Source: Octopus sinensis | Taxonomy: Eukaryota | Reading direction: 5' to 3' | Length of the DNA stretch: 64,000 nucleotides | NCBI RefSeq assembly: GCF_006345805.1 | Contig: NC_043004.1 | Location: 92,628,001 to 92,692,000, forward strand | Shown here: in pieces, positions 1 through 13,379 of the stretch | Layout: each line of letters opens with the position of its first letter | How positions within the stretch are numbered: the first letter of the stretch is position 1 | Made by a program: the position numbers and the translations under genes | Notes under the pieces: model-generated | Seen by the model: the letters and a program-made list of their open reading frames with translations, nothing else | Databases searched by the model: none | Told to the model about the DNA's origin: nothing

Positions 1-2106
1 TAGTTATTGTTAAATAACTCGTGTTACAAAATACGTTTATATATGTTACTTTATTGTTACATCAAATACATTACTTCGTCAAACAATCTAAATTATATGC
101 TTATTATCTCCTGTTAGTAACTGTAAATTTTATGTTACATATGTTACATGCTGTTGAGTCACAAGCTATTATTCATGATACAACTTTTAAACATATAGTT
201 ATTCAAACATTCCAACTTTTACAGTTACAGCTGCGTGTGCTAACTGAAATTTTTATATTACATTTATTACAATCTACTGTGACACAGTCTGCCATTTTCT
301 TTTTAGGCTTTTTTGCTGATAAACACTTTAAGCCACAGCGCTAAAATCAATAAATAACATTCAAGTGTTACCACTTTTATCCTTTAAATTATACACAATA
401 AAATATATATATTACTATACTATCACAGACATCTGTGTCACAGTACAATTTTTTTCATTAATTTCTTCAAATTATCATTGTTACAACTAACTATGTTCTT
501 ATTAAAAAAGCGAAATACCACTGACACTTCAGCGTTTATAACAAAAGTTGTCTTGATATTAAGTTACTTAATGTTTATTTACTTTAATATTACGCGTGCC
601 ACAAGCTGTTGTGCCACATTTCTGTTATCGTTTTATAAAACATTGTTATTGCAACAACCACAGCCACTCCTATTGAAACAATTTTAAGTCACACTTACAC
701 ACTTGCGTTTGTAAAAGATATCTCTGAATGAGAGAATAAAATAAATATCTTCTCCCTAGATTTTTCATATTTTATATGATTAACACCTTCTTATAGACAA
801 ACATTTTAAACTACACTGTTACCACACTGTTTCGGTAATACTGTGTGTTAAATTACCTCATTTGTAACACTGCATGTTAAATATACCTCTGTCTTTTTAC
901 TGTTATCAAACAACTTTACCGTCTATTATGTTACGCACAATGTAATGTTACGAATGAAATATTACGTCACAATATATAAGAATAAATTTAGTGTTGTTAC
1001 AACATATTACAACAAATGTAACATTATTGTTGAAAGAGTATATTGCATAATACAAAACACAAGGAACAAGCGCTGACATTCAATCAACGTAAGCTGTCCT
1101 GATTCAGTTGTGTTTGTAAATTAAATTTGCAATGTAGCCTTGTTAAGACTCATGCCATACAATGAGTTACAACTAGGTCACCATTTTCCCTTACAGACTA
1201 TCGTTTGGTGGTAACATTCTCAATGAACCGAGATTAAAGTTAGAACTCATTATCATCTCGCTTCACATATGCCATCCCACTTCCAAATCCTTTTAAATTT
1301 GAGCCCTTCATATATGACGTTAATATTTTAAATAAATATATTCTGATTTGCGGTGACAAGTTTCCATGAACTGTGTCTGTAACCTAGTTTCCATCCCCAA
1401 CAGGAAACGCTTCACCTCTTTTTCTTTAAGTCGCTTATTCCTTATACCATTTGGAAATTGCATAAATTGAACAACTTCCTTATTATCTCCCTCCCACCTC
1501 TAAAACAAAAGCCCAGGTTTAATGCCTCTGTGGATGACAATCGCTTCCATAAGAAATATCAAATGACATTGTACAAGATTTAAGCAGTTGGCAAGTCAAG
1601 ACTGCAATGCTAGTTCGATTCTCGGCTGGATCAATTTCCCTCATGCACACTACAAATGAGGAAACGTAAATATCTCACGATTTGTAGTTTGCAATAAAAA
1701 GGAAATATCTATTTATTCTAACGTAACTAGTCTCACGGAGCAAATGTGCTCCCAGCGAGCCAACTCAGGAAGTGGCTGCTTCTATTCGTGCTGGAGACCC
1801 AATTTCAATTTACAGAATGTGGAAGAAAATGGTTGGGAATACTGGGAGAGCTGGACAATCATCTGAAAGCGAGAGGTGAACGGATCATGCGTTGTTACTG
1901 ATCATGTGATGAGCTTTTTTAAGATATTGAGACCAAGCGGAACTGAGACTAACACGGCGGAATCACAGGACGAGGTTATCCTGCATTCTGTATGAGTGTT
2001 TCGTGAGGTTATTGGGAACTGAAGAGACTTGTTACTAAATTTTTTAACATTAATCTGTTAATTTGATAAACAGAAATTTTTGATGAGGTTGTTGATGATA
2101 ATAATA

Positions 2107-2168
<62 letters not shown>

Positions 2169-2194
2169 CAATAATGAATTTAGAAATTTTTAAA

Positions 2195-2265
2195 TTATCT
2201 GGGGTGGGGGCTTTGGTAAGTGCAATTCAGAAGATTGCACTCACAGGAGGAACCTATAATCCATG
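2195..2265 (+). mobile_element. Tiny Dong/R4-like LINE C-terminal remnant
   Basis: Encodes IQKIALTGGT, similar to IQKIALLGTAHILR in the other Dong copies. Lies between (TAA)n tracts. Confidence 0.4.
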
Positions 2266-2411
2266 TGAAATATACATAAAGTAAAAAGAAAAGCTTATAA
2301 TCAAATCTACTTTCGAACATCTAAACGGCTGCGGTAGATTAGAGAAAAATAGTCTTAACAGAATAATTAATAATAATAATAATAATAATGATAATAATAA
2401 TAATAATAATA

Positions 2412-2479
<68 letters not shown>

Positions 2480-3079
2480 TAATAATAATAATATTAATAA
2501 TAATAATAAATAATAATAATAACAAAAGCAACTCTGATGGTGGTGTTTGGATATGCATGAACGCTTTAACTTTGAATTATATACCTACCTCCCTTCCCCA
2601 CTTTCCTCTGTGCCTAGATAAAACAAACCAATATTATTTTTAAATTATGAACAGCTCTGTAGAGTATGAGACTAAGAGAACAACTGCCAACGAGCTGAGT
2701 CTGTAAAACGGGTTTTTATTTCAGTTCAAAGCCATTGAAATTTCAGTTACAGTGCTAAATACATTAAGGGAATCGTATGAACGACACAACTTCCCAATCG
2801 TATGAACGACATAACTACACAAATCTCCTTTACAATAAAGAGCTATTTTCAGCCTATTCAAAAAGTTAAACGGATATTTTACGTACACCAGTTTTCCTCA
2901 GTATATTCCATATTTTAAATTATTGCTTTCGCATCTAACTATAATTTTAAAACAAAATTTAAACTATTTTAACAAAGTAAAAATTTTTATACTTCACTCA
3001 AAAATTTTAATAAATCTATAATTAATATTATTCATAATTATTTATATAAATACACATATAAGTATAATTATAATAAAAA

Positions 3080-3168
<89 letters not shown>

Positions 3169-3442
3169 CATATATATACATATATATCTATGTATATATA
3201 TTTATGCGTATATGTATATTTGTATATATATATACATGTATGTGTGTGTGTATTATGTATATATATATATACACTTATATACGTAAGTATATATACATAC
3301 TCATATACTTATATATGCATATATGCATAAATTTATCACCACTACTTCTACACATGCAAAAGCAACTGTACGCTTCAAATGAATGTACATGTATATGTAT
3401 GTGTATATATCTATATACATATATATATATATGTATGTGTTA

Positions 3443-3473
<31 letters not shown>

Positions 3474-3602
3474 GTATGTATGTATATATATATATTAGCG
3501 ATAGGGGACAAATATTTAGCAGGGAACACGAAGAGATATAAATTCATGTTGATGAATATTATATATGAAAACTTAAATTTAGCACATAAGGATTAACAAC
3601 TG

Positions 3603-3648
<46 letters not shown>

Positions 3649-3691
3649 ATGTGACAAAGAGAGAGATAGTGTGTGTGTGTGATTGTTAAAG

Positions 3692-4321
3692 AGGACAACA
3701 AGCGTTAAATCAAAACAAACATCTCAAGTCATATACATTATTATTGTTGGAAAAAAATTCAATGTCTTACAGCTGTTTCTGGGATATCCAAGAGAATGGG
3801 ATATTTTGTCATCGGAGACAAATAGGGAAAATAAGAAGGGTATAGATTAATGAAATGACAACACAGAGGATAAGAAAAAAAAGGAATAAGATGAAGAAAG
3901 AGAAGAAAAAAGAAGCATAAAGTTCACATTTCAACTTCCTAATCATGTAGAAGTAAGTCCGTAAGTCCTTAGGTGCAATCCTGTGTAAATCTATGTAGGT
4001 AACAACTTTAGGACTTTAACCTACATGGATTTACACAGGATTGCACCTAACGACTTACGGACTTCTACATGATCGGAAAATTGAACTGCGAACTTTTATG
4101 CTTCTTTTTTCTTCTCTTTCTTCATCTCCTTATTCCTTTACTCCCGTCCTCTGCGTCACCATTTCATTAATCTAAACTCTTCTCATTTTCCCTATTTGTC
4201 TCTGATGATGGAATATTCATACCATGGATATCCCATAAACAGCTGTAAGACTTTGAAATTTTCCAATAATAATAACGTTTGTGACTTGAGATGTTTGTCT
4301 TACCTTAACGTTTGTTGTCTT
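3692..4321. mobile_element. Fold-back element, two ~305-bp inverted arms each carrying a hammerhead-like motif (Penelope pLTR-like)
   Basis: Arm 3692-4000 is the reverse complement of 4019-4321 at roughly 80% identity by eye, with an 18-nt spacer. HHR-like motifs at 3764-3819 (-) and 4198-4251 (+). Confidence 0.8.
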
Positions 4322-4462
4322 GTCCGCTATATCGGAAATCTACAATGACTCCATAACTACCGTCTCGGCTATTAACCATGGAGTCCTGGTAATCCATTAC
4401 AGCACTTACCTAGCGTGCCTAGTCATTTAGATTACCTGTGAAACAAAACCACAACACTTTGC

Positions 4463-4493
<31 letters not shown>

Positions 4494-4536
4494 ATATTAT
4501 ATATACATATATATACATACATATATATATATATAA

Positions 4537-4582
<46 letters not shown>

Positions 4583-4586
4583 TATA

Positions 4587-4694
<108 letters not shown>

Positions 4695-5551
4695 TGTATC
4701 CAGTTTGCCTGGAAAATGTTGATTTTTGAACGACACAAAGAATCGCTGCGTTCTGTTTCATATAGCTGGCCTGAAAGTGTTGACAATGTAATATCGCACA
4801 CAACCATCGTTGGTAGGAGTTTTCAAAAAATTTCCCCATTATAATTCAAAACCACCTTTGATACTAAGGCAACTCATTATTCATTACGGGCAAATTCATA
4901 CGTATAAAAGGCTGACTTCTAGAATTAATAACGCAATATGGCGTTTAATAATACTGATATTGATATAGATAATAAAATTAATTATAAAACACGCATGGAA
5001 AATTAGTGATACTCAAATATTTTGTAGATGAAAATATTTGTGGTTTTAGCAAAGAACTCACGGGATTATTATATATTCCTATTGCTAAATAGTGTGTAGA
5101 TATATATACATATAGAGAGATAGACAGACAGACAAACAGACAGAGAGAGAGATAGATAGGTAGGAAGAGAGAGAAAGAGAGAGAGGGTGAGAGCGAGAGA
5201 TGGGAAAATAGCCCACAAAAGATAACACGATGAAAAACTGTCAAGTTGTGCATTTAGGTGTGTGTGTGTGTATGTGTGTGTGTCTTAATGCACGTCTTTG
5301 TGTGTGTGTTTTGTGCGTGAAAATGAGCGCGCATTTATGTGTGTGTGTATATGTATATATATATATTTATGTGTGTGTGTATGTGTATACGATCACACAC
5401 ACACATATATGTGTATAGTCATACATATATATATGTGTGTGTGTGCAAATATAATATTTATAGATATATACATGAACATATAATATGCATAATATCACAT
5501 TGAGCTATTATATATGCATAAACACCAGTATGTATAAGTGTATACATTCTG

Positions 5552-5582
<31 letters not shown>

Positions 5583-5897
5583 ATGCACGCACACACACAT
5601 TCAATACTATCCTTAATGTTGAATGATATTTTCGTTTGTGTACTTATGCATACACTTGTGTACGTGCGTGTGTATGTGTGTGTATATACTACTGTTTATT
5701 ATATAACGCTTTTATGTGCGATATCCTCCGTTCATATTATGTTAATAATACAATATTTTTAACCTACTACCGGTTACTCGTAATCTGTTTTCTGGTTCCA
5801 ACCCGTTATTATTATTTATTATTATTATTATTTTTTTTTTTTTTTTTTTATTATTATCATTATTATTAATAATAATAATAACAACAATATTCTCATT

Positions 5898-6125
5898 CGG
5901 TTGTGGATGGCAGAATCGGTAGAGCGTTATATAAAATATGCATGTGGTGTGTATATATACGCCTCTCTACTATATGCTCTGCGTTCAAATACCTCCCTTA
6001 AGTTCGACTTTGCTTTTCATACTACCGAGAACGATAAATTATATACCACACAGTGAAAACAATTTTATCGGCTATGGCCCTCCCCAAATTTGAGGCGTTG
6101 TGCCAGTTAGAATTCATTATTATTG
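5898..6125 (+). mobile_element. Diverged tRNA-derived SINE (group B)
   Basis: tggcagaatcggtagagc A-box-like head, then ttcgactttgcttttcat and aaattttgaggcgttgtgcc segments shared with other group B copies. Confidence 0.6.
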
Positions 6126-6431
6126 CATTATTATAATAATTTTTTATTATTCTTATGATTATTGTTAAGATTATTATTATTTTTATTATTAATATCTAAA
6201 TTATTATCTATATTATAACATATGAAAAATAAATAAATGAAAGTAAAATATTTTGTTTTAAGTTGTTTTATTTCAGCATTTCTGATAATGCAATATCTTT
6301 AAATCTTTTTCTTATTCAAATTTAATTGATAATTTTTTCTGAGATGGGAAAATATTTTTTCGCATATCAGATCATTAAAACTATTTTCATCATGTCAAAA
6401 CATAGTATTAGAAAATATATTGAAATTTATT

Positions 6432-6760
6432 TGTTTGTTTCAGACATTAGACTGAGGCCATACTGGAGCACCGCCTTGTAGAATTTTAAGTCGGATGAAT
6501 CGACCCTGGTACTTATTCTATCGATCTCTTTGCCGAGCCTCTAAGTTACGGGGGACATAAATACACCAACACCGGTTGTCAAGCAATGGTGGGATACAAA
6601 CATGCACACGCACACATATATATATATATATACGACGGGCTTCTTTCAGTTTCGGTCTACCAAATCTATTCACAAGTTGCCTAAGGTGCCACGCAGCGGG
6701 CAGAACCCAGAACCACATGGTGGGGAGCAAGCTTCTTACTACACAGCCACGCCTGCGCCT
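6432..6760 (-). mobile_element. tRNA-derived SINE (group A), internally deleted
   Basis: Reverse complement of the ggcgcagg...gctccagtatggcc element seen in full at 27900 and 61687. Confidence 0.8.
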
Positions 6761-6959
6761 ATTCATGCCACAGAACCATCAATATTTAATGAACAAAAAT
6801 AACTTGAGCGATAAATAAATAAAGAGATGGGTTAATATACGTTTTAATGAAAATTTATATAAATTGTAGTATAATGAGGTCAACAACTATGGTAGGACTT
6901 TCTGTGTGAGTCAAATCAAAAATGGGTAATGCAGGAAGGTATATTATAGTGTGTTCTAA

Positions 6960-7175
6960 CTATCTAGCGTTGCCGGGTTGTGGATCTGTGGAATAAGCTG
7001 CCGGACGAGATAGTGAAGATGTCGACGACCGATCGGTTCAAAGTCTCTCTTGACCAGAAATGGCCTGAACTCTTTGCACGAACAGCCCTGTACATAACTC
7101 CATGCCTCCCTACATGGCCTTGCTTTTTGCTTTTTGAGCCAAAAAATTAACTAACTAACTAGCTAACTAACTAAC
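6960..7175 (+). mobile_element. CR1/L2-type LINE 3' end
   Basis: Translates to ..RVVDLWNKLPDEIVKMSTTDRFKVSLDQKW (CR1 C-terminal motif RVV..WN.LP...FK..LD), followed by a (CTAA)n tail. Confidence 0.75.
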
Positions 7176-7330
7176 ACTCAGCCGGCAAAAGTGAGTTGTA
7201 CCTGAGAACTACGCTAAGGGTACGCGTGTCTGCGAAGTGGTAAGCTACTTGCACGTTAACTTCATGAGCAGGCTGTTCTGTTGATCAGATCAACTGGAAC
7301 ATTCATTGTTGCAATCGGCAGAGTGCTAGT
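7176..7330 (+). mobile_element. 3' portion of a tRNA-derived SINE (group C related)
   Basis: ctgagaactacgctaagggtacgcgtgtctg...gatcagatcaactggaac segment recognised as an octopus-type SINE body. Confidence 0.5.
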
Positions 7331-7489
7331 TATTATTAGAACTACTGTGAAATTTTTAAAGAAGAATTCCAAGGATTCTAAACAGCAATACAGCACACAC
7401 TCTAATGTACTAAAGTGACATTCACACTACACGAGTGTAAGTTTAGCCACATATGCGTACATAAATCCATACACACCCATACACACGCG

Positions 7490-7536
<47 letters not shown>

Positions 7537-7849
7537 ACACAGGTTCAGATAACTAAATAACCACAGAGCTCAAGAGTTATTTTCACATAAAGAAAAGAAC
7601 CTTGTTAGTTACAAGCTTGAAAAAAGGTGAAATGAATCCATACATTGAAAAATGTTATTCATTTTTGCGTTAGTTGCTGTCGAAACTGCTGGTGTCTTCT
7701 GTGCACAGACGGCCATTTTCCTACGTTTGAATTGGAGCCCAAGCGCCTTGCATGACGAAAGAATCACTTTTACTATTCTTATCACCAGATGTGGGTGAAA
7801 CAAATTATTCAAATGAAAATATAGAAGTCGTATTTACACAGAGAGTTAG

Positions 7850-8255
<406 letters not shown>

Positions 8256-8256
8256 A

Positions 8257-8369
8257 TTATTCTTAAACAAGAATGATGTTGACTGAATTCGACGTATCGG
8301 CCTTCTCCGACGATGGCCTAGCTGGCCGAAACTTCGATCACTGTCAGCAACATTCTTGTTTAAGAATAA
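8257..8369. mobile_element. 113-bp mini element with 19-bp perfect terminal inverted repeats and a degenerate hammerhead core
   Basis: ttattcttaaacaagaatg (8257-8275) pairs with cattcttgtttaagaataa (8351-8369). Inside is CCGACGA-T-GGCC-tagct-GGCC-GAAAC. Confidence 0.7.
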
Positions 8370-8513
8370 GAAATTCGTAGTCTACAAGACTATAGAGTAA
8401 CCCATCAGATTAATGTAAAATTGTTTTTATCCTAACTGAAAAAAAAATCATATGTACATATATATATACATACATATATTTGGTCTTTGCAAACGATGTG
8501 GCAATATATATAT

Positions 8514-8888
8514 ACTAGCAGTATCGCCCGGTTTGTAAGGGAAATAACTATAAAGCATTTTTAGAGAGTTATAGCCAAAAAATAGCAAAAAAATGGGGAA
8601 AAAATTATGGTAATTTTTTTTGAGAGTTAAAAAAGGTCGAGTTGCGCCCCCTAGACAATCTGTGGTTTGTGTTTCTGATTCTCGACCCCATGTCGAATTT
8701 ATCGATTTTTTTCAGAACTGGGGGAACTTTTCAAAATTTTCGCTGCGTTAGTTTTGAATTATGACATTGGGCTATGTGTGTGTCAAGTTTCATCAGAATC
8801 GGTTGAAAGCAGTGGTCAGGGTGAGGGTACAACCAAACAGACACACAGAAACACACACAGACAAACTGCCGTTTATATAGAGAGAGAT
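8514..8888 (-). mobile_element. Non-autonomous Helitron-type element (Lep1/HINE-like)
   Basis: Minus-strand 3' end CTAGT at 8514-8518 with an adjacent cgcccgg hairpin remnant, tttcatcagaatcggtt motif, (CAGA)-like repeat and a TC-type 5' end. Confidence 0.6.
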
Positions 8889-9001
8889 ATACACACATAT
8901 ATATATATATACACACTTACATACATATATGCATTCAACCACACCTTCACACACACATTCACACACACACATATATACGTATATGAGTATGTATGCAAAT
9001 G

Positions 9002-9037
<36 letters not shown>

Positions 9038-9612
9038 TATGTGCGCGCTCGCATGCGCGTATCTATTGATGTTGTGAGGTTATCTACGTCAGCTGACAAA
9101 TGTGTTTGCATCATTACTTTAACGGTGTCAAATCTATAATTTTAATTATTTTAATAGATATATATTAATAACAACATTTTTAAGAATTCAATTGTCGATT
9201 ATCTATGATAGATAACTCATACTTAAATGAAAAACATTTAAAACGTCATAAGCAGGCAAGCATGGACACACATACAAACAATCATACATACACGTAGACA
9301 CACGCGCACGCGCGACCGCTCACACACTTACACACACACACACTTTCGCTGATGCATACAATATTTTAATTAATTATTAACGTTGCAATTATTCTTCTTT
9401 AATTAATTAAACATCTGCAATTATCCTTCATTCCGTCCAACAGAAACATATTTATGTTGCAATGCATCTATGTACGCATATAATACTTAAAATGTTACAT
9501 ATAGACATGCTATCATACGCACACATGCACGCATGCACACTCACAGAGACACACAGACATATATATATATATATATATATTTTTATATATATTATTTATA
9601 TATATATATATC

Positions 9613-9684
<72 letters not shown>

Positions 9685-9834
9685 CTATATATATATATAA
9701 TACAATTTATATATATGTGGGGGTGGATTGTGTGTAAGTGCGTGTGTTGTACGTGCGTGCTTGCTTCTTGCATCACAATGTGACACAAGGTTTCAAACCT
9801 GTTTAACATATACTTGTATATGATTTAACATTTT

Positions 9835-11815
9835 TACATTATAGCTGGATTAAGAAATGTCTGGAAATATATAAAATAGCTCCTACTCTGCGAAACAACT
9901 TGTCTATATTTACGAGATCATGGAGAACCCCACTGACTTCGAACAGTGACAATGAATCTCTAAATGCTGGAGATGTAAGAATTTCATGTGACATTTTCCA
10001 GGGTGACCCACTGTCACCACCCCTCTTTTGTCTAGCCTTAATACTTCTCTCAAAATTGCTCAATGATGCACAGTACGGTTATAAAATGTTTGATAAAAAT
10101 ATAAATCCTCTCAATTACCTGGATAATTTAAAGCTATTTGCAAAAAATGACCAACAACTCAAGGGCTTACTAGCGATTTTCAGTGATGCCATCAGGATGC
10201 AATTTGGCCTCGATAAATGTGCCAAGGAAAATTGACAGGATCATCTAACCTTAAACTTGACCAGTAGAATGCCATAAAAGAGTTAGAACCAGCGGAGAGC
10301 TACAAATACCTAGGGGTAATTGAAGGGGACGGAATCAAACATGCAGTGATGAGGGAAAGGATTGGAAGAGAATGTTATCGCAGGGTGAGAGCAATACTGA
10401 AGGCAGAGCTGATTGCAAGAAACAGGATCGAAGCAATCAATACTTTAGCCATACTAATAGTAACTTGCAGTTTCAATATCATTAACTGGTCGATTACTGA
10501 AATATGTAATCTTGACAGAAAAATAGAAAAACTGTGCACCATCCTAAGGCAGATATAGAACGACTTTATCTGCCAAGAAAAGAGGGAGGCCGTGGAGTTT
10601 TGCAACTGGTATTAACAATAAAGATTTCCACAATTGGCCTAGATACCTACCTGAATAACTCTGAGGACTGGATGTTAAAATTTGTCTCAAAACATGAAAA
10701 CAAGAAAACATCATACTCAGTAACAAAACAGGCAAAGGAATATCTAAGTGAATTCCGAATACAACAAATTTCGGAATTAGACATACAAGAAACAAGCACA
10801 GAAAAAGCTAAGCGCATGAAAACTCGTGTTAAAACTGCTGCCTTAGATATTATGACTGATAAATGGCAAGAAAAACCTCTCTATGGCAAATACCCAAAGA
10901 GAGCGAATAATGCAGATGTTGATAAAGCCGTTACCCATGAATGGCTAATGTCTTCTGGTTTAAAATCAGAAACAGAAGGGTTTATCATAGCATTCCAAGA
11001 TCAATGCCTACCTACAAGGCCAACATATTAAACAGAAGTTCCCCAATATGTCGTGTATGTCAACAACAAAATGAGACTATTGATTATGTTTCTCCATGTG
11101 CAGTTTTCTTTTGCCTACAAAGTATCTCAACAGGCATGATAGAGCTGCACAATATATTCACTGGGTAATTTGCAAAAACCTGAACTTGCTCCATAATAAA
11201 AACTGGAGGGAACACAAACCACCCCCAGTGCTTGAAAATGATCACATCTCACTCCTCTGGAACTTCACCATTCAAACTGACAGAAAGATAGATGCAAATA
11301 GGCCAGACATCATATTGAAAGACTTCAGACAAAAATCATGCCTCCTCATTGATATGACTGTCCCAATCTATATAAACGTATCTGTCAAAATGTACCAAAA
11401 ACTGAGTAAGTATAAAGATCTTGAAATAAAAATTAGCAAAATGTGGAGCCTGAAGACTAAAATAATACCTGTTGTCATAAGTGCCCCAGGAATGATAGCA
11501 AAAGGGGTTGATTGCTACCTAGCTCAGATACGAGGAAACCACAAAATGGCAGAAATTCAAAAGATAGTGCTCATGGGAACTGCCCATATCCTACGTAAAA
11601 TACTTTCTATGTAATCTCAAATTTAAAAACAAACACAATTTTCTTATGGTTTCTTAAACATTCTCTAGAACAACACTATGTACAAAACCAAATGTATGGC
11701 ACCCAAGGCATAACACCAACATGAAATTCTAACTATTTTGTCTCCTGGGGTCTCTGGGTGAGACTTGGAGCCAACTTGTACAAATGCAAAGCAAAAGTCA
11801 AACATAAAATAATAA
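9835..11815 (+). mobile_element. 5'-truncated Dong/R4-clade non-LTR retrotransposon (RT + CCHC + restriction-like endonuclease), frameshifted
   Basis: IFQGDPLSPPLFCLAL, NYLDNLKLFAK, LYLPRKEGGRG, CRVC..ETID, RHD, RPDIILKD, KLSKYKDL and IVLMGTAHILRKIL, then a 3' UTR followed by (TAA)n. Confidence 0.9.
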
Positions 11816-11843
11816 TGATAATGATGATGGTGATAATAATATA

Positions 11844-11916
<73 letters not shown>

Positions 11917-11950
11917 TGATAATAATAATAATATAATAATAATAATAATA

Positions 11951-11985
<35 letters not shown>

Positions 11986-12048
11986 TATATATATTATATA
12001 TATTAATAAATTAATAATATAATAAATATATATACATGCACATATAGA

Positions 12049-12441
12049 TACAGGACATCACCAACGGTGCAAATAACATGAATACGTAAACAACGAAAAA
12101 AAAGGAGAATAGGACAAGTTAACACAGAAAAAGGACCCATCATCAGTTGTCGGCTGTCTATCTACTCCTCATTTCAAGCATTCAACAATAATATGAGTTT
12201 TCAAAAACAACTGGTCACATAAATTCTAAAATAAAAATCCTAAGTTTTATTTTTTAATTTATGGGACCAGCTGTCTTTGAAGACACATATTGTCATTGAA
12301 TACTCGAAATGAGGCGACAACTGATGAAGAGTCCTTTTTTCTGTGTTAACTTGTCCTGTTTTCATTCTTTCCTGTTGTCTACATATTTCATTTGTTTGTT
12401 TACGTATTTCATGTTATTTGCACCGTTGGTGACGTTCTGTA
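12049..12441. mobile_element. Fold-back/MITE-like palindrome, ~190-bp arms, in AT microsatellite
   Basis: tacaggacatcaccaacggtgcaaataacatg... pairs with ...catgttatttgcaccgttggtgacgttctgta. The inner arms also pair down to a small loop near 12240. Confidence 0.8.
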
Positions 12442-12487
<46 letters not shown>

Positions 12488-12755
12488 CATGTATGTATGT
12501 ATGTATGTATGTATGTATATCGCAAAATATATATAGCAATATATAGATATAAATCCATATGTATATCAATATACAGCGATATAACCACACATATGCATAC
12601 ACATATGCAAACACACACACATATATATATATGTGTGTGTGTGTGTATGTATAAATGTGCACATATACACATATATTCGCGCGCACATATATTACTATCG
12701 TTCTGTCTACACACGCACGACACACATCGCAGGCACACACACACACACATACACA

Positions 12756-12786
<31 letters not shown>

Positions 12787-13171
12787 CACACACACACATA
12801 CACACAACCTCTTCAAGCTCGAGCAAACAAAAACAATATGAAAATTCTACTGGCAAACACAAAGTATACCCTCCCCTTCCTAACACTCCATGCTCAGGCT
12901 ACTAAGTCACTCCGTCACCTTCTTTCCTAGATTCTTAGACATAGCAGAACACGGTAATAGCGAAAAGTCAACAGGTATGTTTATAAAAGAGATTAAGACA
13001 AGGCGAGATAATAGACACGGCTGGCGTCTGCTGTGGATCAAATATACGATTGAGAGAGATGGAGAGAGAGAGAGAGAGAAAGTGTGTGTATGTGTGTGCG
13101 TGTGTATTTATGTGTTTGCGTGTGGGTGTACACACACAGTTAGCTTACATGTATGTTTGTGTATATATATA

Positions 13172-13293
13172 TTGGCCTGCTCACTTAGCCAGCGGGGTGA
13201 CGTCATTTGAAGGCTAAAACAATGCGAAGCGCATTGTGACCAGCGATTTGTAGCAACATATGATAGGCCTGGTCGGTCACGGTGATCACGGTG

Positions 13294-13298
<5 letters not shown>
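13172..13298 (+). mobile_element. 3' end of group C SINE
   Basis: gcctgctcacttagccagcg...ggtcacggtgatcacggtgat matches the tail of the 55999-56304 copy. Confidence 0.75.
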
Positions 13299-13330
<32 letters not shown>

Positions 13331-13379
13331 AATATATTATATATATATATATATCTATATATATATATATATATATATA

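Noticed and set aside
7652-7798. 48-aa ORF with hydrophobic N-terminus (MLFIFALVAVETAGVFCAQ..)
   Set aside because: No recognisable homology, splice context or promoter evidence. Short ORFs like this are expected by chance.
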